Positions 16,380 to 25,280 of a stretch of 32,000 bases of DNA are shown piece by piece. The stretch lies in NCBI GenBank assembly GCA_032249095.1, contig JAVVGN010000011.1, positions 6,434 through 38,433 on the forward strand, written 5' to 3'. Made by a program: the position numbers and the translations under genes. The DNA is from Candidatus Caldarchaeales archaeon. Its GTDB lineage: Archaea; Thermoproteota; Nitrososphaeria_A; Caldarchaeales; Calditenuaceae. The notes beneath the pieces were generated by a model. That model did not search any database. It was not told the origin of the DNA and saw only the letters and a program-made list of their open reading frames with translations. Position 1 is the stretch's first letter. The number at the start of each line of letters is the position of its first letter.

Positions 16380-16515
16380 TCGCTGACCCTCAGCCGGCTT
16401 CTACAGTCGAGCGGCGCCTCCAGCTGAAGAGGGGCTCTTCCTCCACCCTCTCGGCGAGGAGCCACTCCATGAGCTTCCCCGTGGGTAGTGAGGAGAGTGC
16501 CGTGACCGCGATTAA
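16380..16515 (-). repeat. 136-bp direct repeat DR2 (within the intact gene 16390..16959)
   Basis: See DR1. This copy is continuous with the full-length ORF. Confidence 0.95.
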
Positions 16516-16959
16516 TGTTGGCAGGTCTAGCGGGCGGTCTCCGAAGATAGCCGCGAAAACGTTGTCGACCTGCCACTTCATATTCTCTGGACCTGGAAGG
16601 GATGGGAGGAAGCCTAGGAGGAGGAATATCGCGAGTAAGAGTAGGAATATTGCGCTTGTTATTGCCGCCATCAAAGCCTGCTGCACCGACCTGGATAACG
16701 CTCCGGTTAGGAGCCCCGCGAGGGACAGAGATAGAATGGGCAGGATCCCATGGTTTGATGAAAGAACGTAGCTGCCGCCCTCGAGTATTAAGCCCTCGCC
16801 CAGCAGACTCGAGAGCGGTGTTATGTGGAAGAAAACTGCCTTAAGAATCTCGGCCACCAGAGCCTTCTGCAGATCATACACCGGCAGCTGGATTCCCGTA
16901 GAAAACCAGGCCCCCATCAGCAGCATGAACGCGAAGGAAGCGATCGCGGGTCTCAGCAT
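16390..16959 (-). CDS. integral membrane protein, unknown function
   Basis: 189 aa with about 5 hydrophobic segments. I recognised no motif. Its 3' end is the source of the 136-bp repeat. Confidence 0.6.
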   Translation of the reverse strand: MLRPAIASFAFMLLMGAWFSTGIQLPVYDLQKALVAEILKAVFFHITPLSSLLGEGLILEGGSYVLSSNHGILPILSLSLAGLLTGALSRSVQQALMAAITSAIFLLLLAIFLLLGFLPSLPGPENMKWQVDNVFAAIFGDRPLDLPTLIAVTALSSLPTGKLMEWLLAERVEEEPLFSWRRRSTVEAG

Positions 16960-17083
16960 CCAAGCCCCAGGCGAGTCCTATCCGATATATTAGTACAGCT
17001 CGGCCCTGAGGCCAAACAGCCCCAGGATAATACCCCCAGCTATGCCCCGTAGGGCCGAGAATAACGCTCAGCCACCTATAAGC

Positions 17084-17287
17084 CTAAGCTGCCACAGGCT
17101 CGATGTATTTGGACGAGTCGACAGGCTTCTTCTTCCTCGGAGAATTCCTCAAAAGGATTCCGCAGTAAGGACATCTTACGCTGTCGGTCAGGTGGTATGT
17201 CCTGCACCTGCTACAGTACTTGTAGCCGGCTGCGTAGCTCCTCCTCACGGGGGTCCTGAGCTGCTCGAGCTGCTGAACAGTAGCCAT
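17084..17287 (-). CDS. small zinc-ribbon protein (67 aa)
   Basis: From ATG 17287 it reads MATVQQLEQLRTPVRRSYAAGYKYCSRCRTYHLTDSVRCPYCGILLRNSPRKKKP. This has a CxxC...CxxC ribbon and a basic tail. The TATA-like TTATAAAAAA lies about 32 nt upstream. The upstream part of the track ORF (to 17359) lies in the A/T-rich promoter. Confidence 0.6.
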   Translation of the reverse strand: MATVQQLEQLRTPVRRSYAAGYKYCSRCRTYHLTDSVRCPYCGILLRNSPRKKKPVDSSKYIEPVAA

Positions 17288-17318
17288 ATGGGTCACCTGC
17301 GGAGTATGTATAGTGCCA

Positions 17319-17346
17319 TTTTTTATAACAATTATGTTTAAATAGT
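17319..17346. promoter_or_regulatory. divergent TATA-like boxes (zinc-ribbon gene / PhoU-like gene)
   Basis: TTTTTTATAA (17319-17328, read on the - strand) and TTTAAATAGT (17337-17346, + strand) each lie about 28-32 nt from the respective start codon. Confidence 0.4.
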
Positions 17347-17374
17347 ATATACACAACATATACGTAAGAAGGTT

Positions 17375-18421
17375 ATGACGGTCTTTCCGAGGCGGCTACA
17401 GCGTCTTGGGACAACCACCCTAGTGGTTTCCCTTCCGAGGCAGTGGGTAACAGAGGTAGGTCTGAAGGCGGGCGACATAGTCTATCTCGAGACAGACAGC
17501 GACAGGGTGACGATACATGCGAAAGAGGTTGTCAGAGAATCTGGGGGGGTCATCCTTAACGCCGATGAGGTGGAGCGCCCAGAGGTCTTAAAGCGGCTCA
17601 TCTTGGCCTGCTTTCTCCAGGGGTATGACGAGGTCAAGATAGTCTCGGAGATAGGGTTGACGGAGACCATGACGCAGGAGGCTCTTGCGACGGTCGAGCA
17701 GCTGCCCGGCTACGAGGTCGTTGAGCAGACGCCCCGCCAGATAACCCTTCAGGCCATAGTAGATGCAACCAAGTTTAAGGTTGAGACAATGCTCAGGCGA
17801 CTTAACGTCCTCATAACCTCGATGATGACGGCGGCCATAGACGCGCTAGCCCGAGGGGCGGTGGAGAGGGTCGGCGAGGTGGCCACCACTGGGAAGAAGG
17901 TGGAGGATCTCTATTTCCTCGTGGTAAGGCAGCTCATCCTAGCTCTCAGAAATCCATCAGTAGCCCAGTCAGTAGGTATAGACTCGCCAATAGCGGCGCT
18001 CGGCTACAGGTTAGTGGCCAAGGCGATAGAGGAGGCGAGCCAGCACTCCATAGCCCTAGCCAAGGAGAGCCTGAACATAAGGCACAAGGGCCCAATACCT
18101 AAACGGGGCCTAGTCAACAGGATGGTCACGCTTATGGAGGAGGTACAGCTACTCTTCGGAAACAGCGTCAACGCTTTCTTAAGCCTCGACCTCAAGGCCA
18201 TCAACTCAGTGCTGGACAGGCTGCCGGGTTTGAAGGAGAATATAGCAATGGCTGAGAGAGAGATGATAGAGGAGATTGATGATCCCGATCTCTCGGTCTC
18301 GCTGCGAGCATCACTGATGCATTTCTCCGCGATACTTGACGCGTGTGAGATGGTAACTGAGGTGGCTCTAAACAAATTTGTGAGGATGGGGTCAAAGATA
18401 GTTTATAAGGCTGCGACTTAG
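17375..18421 (+). CDS. AbrB/SpoVT-domain + PhoU-domain regulator (archaeal phosphate uptake regulator-like)
   Basis: The N-terminal RRLQRLGTTTLVVSLPRQWVTEVGLKAGDIVYLE is an AbrB-type swapped hairpin. It is followed by about 300 aa of helical PhoU-like repeats. Confidence 0.8.
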   Translation: MTVFPRRLQRLGTTTLVVSLPRQWVTEVGLKAGDIVYLETDSDRVTIHAKEVVRESGGVILNADEVERPEVLKRLILACFLQGYDEVKIVSEIGLTETMTQEALATVEQLPGYEVVEQTPRQITLQAIVDATKFKVETMLRRLNVLITSMMTAAIDALARGAVERVGEVATTGKKVEDLYFLVVRQLILALRNPSVAQSVGIDSPIAALGYRLVAKAIEEASQHSIALAKESLNIRHKGPIPKRGLVNRMVTLMEEVQLLFGNSVNAFLSLDLKAINSVLDRLPGLKENIAMAEREMIEEIDDPDLSVSLRASLMHFSAILDACEMVTEVALNKFVRMGSKIVYKAAT

Positions 18422-18429
18422 CCGTGGCT

Positions 18430-19155
18430 TTAAGCTCTGCCAGCCAACCTAATTGCCCTTGCGAAGACTCTAGCGAGCATCTTGGGAGTCAGGAGGCCTG
18501 TCTGGGTATTTCTCCTGCTGGGGTGATACGTGGCCAATAGATATATCCTCCTCTCCGACGGCTCGGCAGAGAACTCGTAAACCGCTCCATGCCTGAAAAC
18601 GATTCTATTCCTCTTAGGGACGAAGCCCTCATCCCTGAGCAGCCTGAGAACGCTAGCAAATGCCACGGCGCCTAGAGCAACGATCACCTTCACGTTTCTC
18701 AGGGCCCGGAATTCGCTGATCAGGTATCTGCGGCAGTTTTCAAGCTCTTGGGGGAGCGGCTTATTCTCGGGCGGTACGCATCGGACGGAGGCCGTGAGGA
18801 AGACGTCCCGGAGGGTTAAACCGTCGTCAGGCCTTATCGAGTATGGGAGGCTCGCCAAACCATTCACGTATAGGGCTCTTGCCAACGTATTTCCTGAGCT
18901 GTCGCCCGTAAACATGCGGCCGGTCCTGTTCCCGCCATGGGCCGCCGGCGCCAGCCCTACTACCATAATCCTGGCCAGCGGGTCTCCAAACCCTGGGAGC
19001 GGTTTGGCCCAATACGTCTCGCCTCTATACCTTTTCGGCCTTTCTTCCGCGACAAGCCTCCTATACTCCACTAGACGTGGGCAGAGGTTGCAGGATACGA
19101 CCTCCCTGCATATCTCGTCTAGGCGTGCGACGATGTCGGAATTCGCGGGACTCAT
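18430..19155 (-). CDS. uracil-DNA glycosylase, Fe-S family 4/5 (GLAPAAHGGNRTGR motif suggests family 5 / UDGb)
   Basis: Evidence is CNLCPRL, VVGLAPAAHGGNRTGRMFTGDSSG and HPS(R)RN. I start it at ATG 19155, which forms an ATGA overlap with the stop of the upstream MBL gene, rather than at 19206. Confidence 0.8.
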   Translation of the reverse strand: MSPANSDIVARLDEICREVVSCNLCPRLVEYRRLVAEERPKRYRGETYWAKPLPGFGDPLARIMVVGLAPAAHGGNRTGRMFTGDSSGNTLARALYVNGLASLPYSIRPDDGLTLRDVFLTASVRCVPPENKPLPQELENCRRYLISEFRALRNVKVIVALGAVAFASVLRLLRDEGFVPKRNRIVFRHGAVYEFSAEPSERRIYLLATYHPSRRNTQTGLLTPKMLARVFARAIRLAGRA

Positions 19156-19772
19156 GGCCTGACGTAGGGGTTGCTGCTTTTCTCGCGCCCGATCGTCGTC
19201 TGCCATCCATGCCCAGGGTATACAACAGTGTTTTCTGGGAGTGTGTAGAGCCTCTCTCTGATCGAGGAGACTATTCTCACAGGGTCTGCGAGCGGTAAGT
19301 CTGTTCTTCCTATCGAGCCGGCGAAGAGTGTGTCTCCGCTGAAGAGTATGCCGCTTAGGTAGAAGCAGGAGCTGCCGGGCGTGTGGCCCGGCGTGTGAAT
19401 GACCCGGAGCTTGAGATCAGCAGTCCCTATCTCTTCGTTATCATGTAGGTATCCGTCTGGCCTCGGTGGGCTCATCCTCTCTCCTAGTAGCCTTTCAGTG
19501 CTCTCCGGAAGCATATCAAGAATTGCCTGATCCGCTTCCTGGATGTAGAACTCGACGCCGAGGACCTCTCTAAGCGCGTCGACCGCCAGGACGTGGTCGA
19601 AGTGGCCGTGCGTCGCTAATATTTTCTTCACTTTCATGCCGGGCCTGATCATTCCCAATATCTTGTGGGGCTCGTCCCCCGCGTCTATTATGACTGCCTC
19701 GCGGCCCGTCTCTGTGGCTAGAAGGTAGGAGTTGCTTCTAAGGGGGCCGACCGTAACGTAATAGACCCTCAT
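19152..19772 (-). CDS. MBL-fold metallo-hydrolase (glyoxalase II-like)
   Basis: The motifs THGHFDH, HTPGHTPGS and GDTLF..SIGRTD are typical of the metallo-beta-lactamase superfamily. Confidence 0.9.
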   Translation of the reverse strand: MRVYYVTVGPLRSNSYLLATETGREAVIIDAGDEPHKILGMIRPGMKVKKILATHGHFDHVLAVDALREVLGVEFYIQEADQAILDMLPESTERLLGERMSPPRPDGYLHDNEEIGTADLKLRVIHTPGHTPGSSCFYLSGILFSGDTLFAGSIGRTDLPLADPVRIVSSIRERLYTLPENTVVYPGHGWQTTIGREKSSNPYVRP

Positions 19773-20920
19773 GCCCCTGCACCCACTATGATAAAACCCT
19801 ACCCGACATTAAGGTTCTTAACTATTTTGGATACCCATATGGTGTTGTCTGTCCTTTTACCTTGAATATTACTTCGTTGCCCCATGGGTCTAGCTGTATG
19901 GGGATGTTGCCGTGTTCTATGCCTAGTATGTGCTGTGTTTTAGGTCTCTCCTTCCTTTTAATCCTACTCTTTCTCTGGTGTGTTTGGCTCCTAGTGAGTC
20001 CGGGGTTGGTGATGGCCACGCTGTTGTGGCCATTACTCTTTGTATGTGGGGCTGGTGGAGGGTCTTATCCGAACGGGCGATGGGGATGGAGTGGGATGGT
20101 GGAGAGGTTCCAGTCGGTGGCGAGGCAATACGAGATAAAGACCATAGAATAAGGAGGTGGATAAGTGGTGGTAGGGTCTTCATTGACTTCGGACGTAACA
20201 GGGTCTATGCTCTTCCAGAGGACGGTGAGGATGTGATAATCTTCGGCAGCTTCTTGGAGATGTTTGGGAGGCTGAGGCCGACGATTGTGGTTGCTCATAG
20301 TTATCCGAGGAAGCTCATGACTTATTCCAGCCGCTCTATACTTCTCCTGTGGAGCTCTAGGTTAGGGCTCTGACGGAGCTTTGGGTGGAGATGGCTGGGA
20401 TAAAGAAGGCGGCCAAACATACGCGGACTACAACAGATGATCCATTGGCTGTCGAGACTCATAGGGTGCTTCGGCGTTACACCAAGAGGTTGGCGACTAG
20501 GATTCATGAAAAGGCTATGGAGCTACCGCTCTACTGGATGGCTGTCGAGAGGCTTGGTCTTAAAGGAGGCGACACTAACATATATCATCTCCCATGACAC
20601 CATCCCTTTCAAAACATTGTCTAGGACTGGGTTGGAGACGCGTTATGAGGTGTTCAGACGGCCTTGGAGGGGTAGAGGATTACGGAGCCAACTACTAGTA
20701 CGTTTGGCATACGCAACAATCACACATAGAAATCAGAGGTATCTAGCAATCTATGAGTGATATCGTCGGAGGGGTAAGAAGCGTTGGCAGGCAATCCTAG
20801 GGGTGGCGATAAGAATCCTCAGAGACGTCAGGAGACTAGCGATGGAGGCCCAGGAGGCCGGACAGGCTCCAGCCTGACGGAGAAAAGACCCAGAGGGCTG
20901 GAGCGGCTTGAAGAAATAAC

Positions 20921-20967
20921 CCACAATCTACAAGAGAGTCTCTAAATCTCTCCTGTAGATTGTGTGG
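20921..20967. repeat. long imperfect inverted repeat (18/20-nt arms, 9-nt loop)
   Basis: CCACAATCTACAAGAGAG (20921-20938), loop TCTCTAAAT, then CTCTCCTGTAGATTGTGTGG (20948-20967). Confidence 0.85.
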
Positions 20968-21097
20968 CTCCAAACTATACCCTTCCGGCCTTCTGGGTTC
21001 TCTAGAGTCGGGTGAAGCCTAACAACCCCTCCCCCCTTCTACTTCTACCCAGTCGGCCCCGTCCTCACCATACTCGATGTCTTTATCCGTATCAGGC

Positions 21098-21997
21098 CTA
21101 GGTTCTCAATCTCCTCGCACCCACTATCCTCGCCGGCCAGTCTTCGGTCACGACCCGCCGCGCCGCCTCTACGAACCGGGTCGGCTCAGCCCTCCCCCAC
21201 TCACACACATATTCAGAGATCAAGCGCGGCTCAATCCTCTCAAACACATCAAACCCAAACTCAAGCCCTTCCCAACTTACGCTCCACGCCTCCCTCTCCC
21301 AGCAACCCTCGACGTCGAGCTTGGAAGAGTCGCATACAACTATCGTCGGCACATCACGGGCTTTTGCGGCCAACGCAACAACATATGACCCCGATCTATT
21401 TGCGGCGGCTCCGTCGCTCAACACGGCGTCACACCCCACCAGAACTGCATCAACACCTCGAAGAGCTTCCCCTATCGATAGGTCGGGATACAGCCTGGGG
21501 GAGAGGCCGGCCTTCTCCAACTCCCTAAATGCCTCGAGGCCGTCCATGAGTGGCCATCCTGCGAGGATTCTAGCGCGGATGGTCTTGGCCTCTTTGAGTG
21601 CTCGTAATACCTGTGAGCTTTTGCTTAGGGTGAGGACTGCCCCGCAGCCGGATAGGGCGGCGGCTAGATTACTAGAAGCCCTGTCTAGAGCCTCTCGGTA
21701 GATCCTCAATAAGCGGGAGGCCGCCTCCCCCACCGTCAGGGCCACCCCCCTCTCCTCTGCGAGCCTAAGGGCGTTCAGGATGATCGATACAAGCGTTATC
21801 GGGGAGACTAGTGCCCTCCTCGCCCGGACTGCTGAGTAGATTTCCATGAGTAGCTGGCTGGACTCCGGCGTGAATAGTTGTGGAGTCTCTGCAAGAAGCT
21901 CTAGCAGGCTGAGTGCTATCTGGGACGACCCCCTCCTTGTGTCTCCGACGGTACCCCTGACCCTTTCTAGGAGCTCTTCAGCCGGCCCCCGACTCAT
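21098..21997 (-). CDS. eIF-2B alpha/beta/delta family protein (ribose-1,5-bisphosphate / MTR-1-P isomerase-like)
   Basis: GVDAVLVGCDAVLSDGAAANRSGSYVVALAAKARDVPTIVVCDSSKLD is the IF-2B family C-terminal block. There is a 4-nt overlap with the upstream gene. Confidence 0.8.
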   Translation of the reverse strand: MSRGPAEELLERVRGTVGDTRRGSSQIALSLLELLAETPQLFTPESSQLLMEIYSAVRARRALVSPITLVSIILNALRLAEERGVALTVGEAASRLLRIYREALDRASSNLAAALSGCGAVLTLSKSSQVLRALKEAKTIRARILAGWPLMDGLEAFRELEKAGLSPRLYPDLSIGEALRGVDAVLVGCDAVLSDGAAANRSGSYVVALAAKARDVPTIVVCDSSKLDVEGCWEREAWSVSWEGLEFGFDVFERIEPRLISEYVCEWGRAEPTRFVEAARRVVTEDWPARIVGARRLRT

Positions 21998-23022
21998 GGT
22001 CTCAGTATTATTTTACCGAAGTGTTCTCCCGCTTCGAGGCGCCTGTGGGCCTCTGCGGCGTCGCTAAGCTTGTAGACCCGGTCTATTATTGGCTTGAGTT
22101 TTCCTGCTGAGGCTAGGCGCAGGATCTTGAGGAACTCGCCCTGTGTTCCCATTCCACTCCCAAGTATTCTCTGGTGCCTCCGGTAGAATGGCCGCACGTT
22201 GAAAGAGACGTTGTCGCCCGATGTTGCGCCCACTGTCACAAGCGTACCGCCGGGTGCCAGGCATTGTAGTGCCTTCTCCCAAAAGGCCGTGCCCGCCATC
22301 TCCAGAACGATGTCCACGCCCTCGCCACCCGTAGCCCTCATAACCTCTTCAACCGCGTCCTGCCTCTTCCTGTTTATGACGTGGTCGGCGCCCACCTTGT
22401 ACGCCGTCTCGACCTTCCAGTCCTCGCCCACAGTGGTAAAGACCTCGGCTCCAGCCAGCTTTGCTATCTGGATTGCGGCCACACCCACGCCGCTGCTCCC
22501 GCCCACGATCAGGACCCTTGACCCCGCGCTGACGCCGGCGTCTGTTACGAGGGCTCGCCAGGCCGTGCAATAGTTCACTGGGAGCGCAGCGGCCTCCTCC
22601 AGACTCATCCCCTCGGGGACTGGAATTAGGGTGGATGCCGGAGCCGATACGAGCTCCGCGTACCCGCCCCAGCGCGAAGAGCCCAGCCTCGAGCCCGATG
22701 TGCAGAGATGAATCTTTCCGGATAAGCAGTATTTGCACTGCCCGCAGGGCTTGTCGGGGAATACGACGACGCGCGTGCCGCTCCTCAGATTGGGGTCTGG
22801 AGACTCGACGACCTCACCCGCCACGTCGACGCCGAGTATGTGGGGGAGCTTGACGGCGTATTTTCCGGTCCTTATCCAGACGTCAACCCTGTTCACCCCT
22901 GCGGCGGCAACCCTCACGAGGGCTTCTGATGGTCCTGGCCTCGGATGGTCTATGTCGCGATACTGGAGGACGTCGGGAGGGCCATACCTCTCGAGAACCA
23001 CGGCCTTCACGAGAACCCACAT
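21994..23022 (-). CDS. zinc-type alcohol dehydrogenase / quinone oxidoreductase (MDR superfamily)
   Basis: GVNRVD, the structural-zinc CGQCKYCLSGKIHLC and the GGSSGVG nucleotide fold support the call. I start it at ATG 23022 (MWVLVKAVVLERYG). The 33 R/P-rich upstream codons of the track ORF are rejected. Confidence 0.85.
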   Translation of the reverse strand: MWVLVKAVVLERYGPPDVLQYRDIDHPRPGPSEALVRVAAAGVNRVDVWIRTGKYAVKLPHILGVDVAGEVVESPDPNLRSGTRVVVFPDKPCGQCKYCLSGKIHLCTSGSRLGSSRWGGYAELVSAPASTLIPVPEGMSLEEAAALPVNYCTAWRALVTDAGVSAGSRVLIVGGSSGVGVAAIQIAKLAGAEVFTTVGEDWKVETAYKVGADHVINRKRQDAVEEVMRATGGEGVDIVLEMAGTAFWEKALQCLAPGGTLVTVGATSGDNVSFNVRPFYRRHQRILGSGMGTQGEFLKILRLASAGKLKPIIDRVYKLSDAAEAHRRLEAGEHFGKIILRP

Positions 23023-23150
23023 ATATCTGCCGGTAAATGAGCCTTCCCCTCGGAGAGACAATCTGGGGGGAGCAAGCCGAGGGCGGCGGGCTGGGTAAAA
23101 CCTAAATTGGGGCGCGATCATGGAGAGCCGAAAAAGAGGTAAGAGATGGT

Positions 23151-24326
23151 TTGAGGACTACAGTCTCTGTAATAAAAGCTGATGTAGGAAGCGTTGCGGG
23201 ACACTATAGGCCGCATCCGGAGATGCTTCGGTACGCTAAGAGGCGGCTCGACGACGCGAGGGGGAGCGGTCTGATAGGTAGCGGCTACGTTACGCATGCT
23301 GGCGACGACATAATTCTCGTGATGACCCACACCAGAGGTGAGAATGATCCAGAGGTGCATGGACTCGCCTGGAACATCTTCAAGGAGATTACCGAGAAGA
23401 TCGCCAAGCCCATGAAGCTTTACGGGGCCGGGCAGGACCTGCTCAGCGATGCCTTCAGCGGGAACGTCAGGGGCCTAGGGCCTGGGGTTGCCGAGATAGA
23501 GTTCGAGGAAAGGAAGTCCGACCCCGTCATAGTGTTCGCGGCGGATAAGACCGAGCCGGGCGCCTGGAACCTGCCTCTCTACAGGATCTTCGCCTCGCCA
23601 GACAATACGGCGGGACTTGTAATCGACCCCCAGCTCCAGAAGGGATTCATCTTCGAGGTACTAGACTTGATTGAGAACAAAGTGGTTGAGCTGAAGACAC
23701 CCGAGGAACTCTACATTCTTCTAGGCCTGCTAGGCACTCCTGGCAGATACGCTGTCGCGCGGGTCAGGAGGGCAGCCGATGGAGAGCCCGCCGCCGCTGC
23801 CAGCACAACGAGGCTCAGCCTGATCGCCGGACGGTACGTCGGGAAGGACGACCCGGTGCTTATTGTGAGGGCCCAGGCGGGTTTCCCGGCGGTCGGAGAG
23901 GTCCTGGCAGCTTTCGCCGTTCCACCAATAGTCAGCGGTTGGATGCGAGGCTCTCACAGAGGGCCACTGATGCCGGTATCCTTCAAGAACGGCCAGAACG
24001 TCGTCTCCTACTTCGATGGGCCTCCGCGGGTGATAGCGATGGGCTGGCAGATAAGCAACGGCAAGCTAGTCGGCGTCGACGGAGAGGAGCCCGCCGACCT
24101 CTTCGCCGATCCGTTCTGGGACTACGTCAGGCATAAGGCCGCAGAGCTAGCGGTCTATCTTAGGACGATGGGCGAGTTCGAGCCGGCTAGGCTGGGCCAC
24201 GAGGAAATGGAGTATACTACCCTACCTGCAATACTCGAGACACTGAAGACCCGGTTCAAGACCTATGAGGAGAAGCCAAGAGCCAAGGCCGCCAAGACCT
24301 CTAAAGGGGCCGAGGAGGTAGACTAG
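23151..24326 (+). CDS. fbp: fructose-1,6-bisphosphate aldolase/phosphatase (class V FBPase)
   Basis: The (M)RTTVSVIKADVGSVAGH N-terminus, the length of about 390 aa and DDIILVMTH are the hallmark of the archaeal bifunctional FBP aldolase/phosphatase. Confidence 0.95.
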   Translation: MRTTVSVIKADVGSVAGHYRPHPEMLRYAKRRLDDARGSGLIGSGYVTHAGDDIILVMTHTRGENDPEVHGLAWNIFKEITEKIAKPMKLYGAGQDLLSDAFSGNVRGLGPGVAEIEFEERKSDPVIVFAADKTEPGAWNLPLYRIFASPDNTAGLVIDPQLQKGFIFEVLDLIENKVVELKTPEELYILLGLLGTPGRYAVARVRRAADGEPAAAASTTRLSLIAGRYVGKDDPVLIVRAQAGFPAVGEVLAAFAVPPIVSGWMRGSHRGPLMPVSFKNGQNVVSYFDGPPRVIAMGWQISNGKLVGVDGEEPADLFADPFWDYVRHKAAELAVYLRTMGEFEPARLGHEEMEYTTLPAILETLKTRFKTYEEKPRAKAAKTSKGAEEVD

Positions 24327-24419
24327 AGTTCTAAGAGAAGACAACAGATACTCCGGTCCATACCCTTCATATGTTTTATTCGAGGCCCGGGTAAGCGGGG
24401 GGCATGTTCCCCGGTCCAG

Positions 24420-25232
24420 CTATCGCTTCACGGCCTCGCAGCCGAGCTCAGCCAGAAGACTGGCGATCCTCTGGCGGTAAGCACCCGGAACCCCCTTCCA
24501 ATCTATCACGGCGACCTTGGGGGAATCTATAACCCTCTCCAGCGCCTGCCCAAGCAGCCCGATACCTTCCGGCAAGACGTACTTAGGCATCATGTGGCCA
24601 AAGTCATACTCTTTTTCAAGCATGAGGCGAGTGAAGGTTGGTGCGTAGTGTCCTCCACCTATCCCCACGGCGGCTCTCGGCGATGGAGACGACCCGGCAG
24701 CCCTGATGCAGGCCTCCGCCACGGCCTCGGCACCCGCTGGATCCATCCTAGCCTCCGGCGGTCCCCCAAACTCGACGTAGATCAGCGGGATTGGCGAGTA
24801 TGGCCCGTGGTGCGTCACTTCAAGCCCAACCCTCCAGCCGTCAAGTCTGCTGTTTGACCCTGCCTCTTCCAGCAAGGCGTCAAACGCGGCTCGGATTGCG
24901 CCCGCCATGGTGTAGGAGAGGACGAGGGGTTCCCCGCCCATCGGGGCCTCAGAGGTCCAGTTGCCCGTCGCGTGGGTTGTGAGGGACTTCTCCTCACCCT
25001 CAGACCTGTGGGCTGATGCGACTATTATTAGGTCGGCTCCGAGGATTGAGAGCTCGTCCCCCGAGAGGTGTAGGTGGTGCTTCTCGGAGACGTAGGCCGA
25101 GACCCCAGGCCCCCTCAGCTCCTCCAGCGTTCCCAGCCCGACAGGTTCGAAGCCGCGCCTCTCAACCAAGTAGGACCGTACAAGCATGGATGAGGGGTCT
25201 GCACGCGAAATCAGAATAACGGATCTAGGCAA
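24420..25232 (-). CDS. dtdA: D-aminoacyl-tRNA deacylase, archaeal type (DTD2)
   Basis: About 270 aa. VTHHGP, IGGGHYAP and the overall size match my recollection of the DTD2 (PF04414) family. TTG start. Confidence 0.75.
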   Translation of the reverse strand: MPRSVILISRADPSSMLVRSYLVERRGFEPVGLGTLEELRGPGVSAYVSEKHHLHLSGDELSILGADLIIVASAHRSEGEEKSLTTHATGNWTSEAPMGGEPLVLSYTMAGAIRAAFDALLEEAGSNSRLDGWRVGLEVTHHGPYSPIPLIYVEFGGPPEARMDPAGAEAVAEACIRAAGSSPSPRAAVGIGGGHYAPTFTRLMLEKEYDFGHMMPKYVLPEGIGLLGQALERVIDSPKVAVIDWKGVPGAYRQRIASLLAELGCEAVKR

Positions 25233-25280
25233 ACCACTTCAGCGTGAAGAGGAAGTGACGCTCTAAGATTAAAGCGAGCA

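Noticed and set aside
19930-20760. Track ORFs 19930..20373 (147 aa), 20385..20597 (70 aa) and 20437..20760 (107 aa) as genes
   Set aside because: They overlap one another, are W/G/R/L-rich in large parts, and have no recognisable motif, promoter or coherent frame. I treat them as a decayed or non-coding region in the findings instead.
21018-21036. C-rich 12-mer AACCCCTCCCCC shared between 21018-21036 and 25665-25683 (plus a shared CAGAGGGCTG 10-mer), considered as a repeat family linking the two gene-poor regions
   Set aside because: Exact 10-12-mers are expected by chance many times in a 32-kb window. The surrounding alignment is weak and the order of matches differs.
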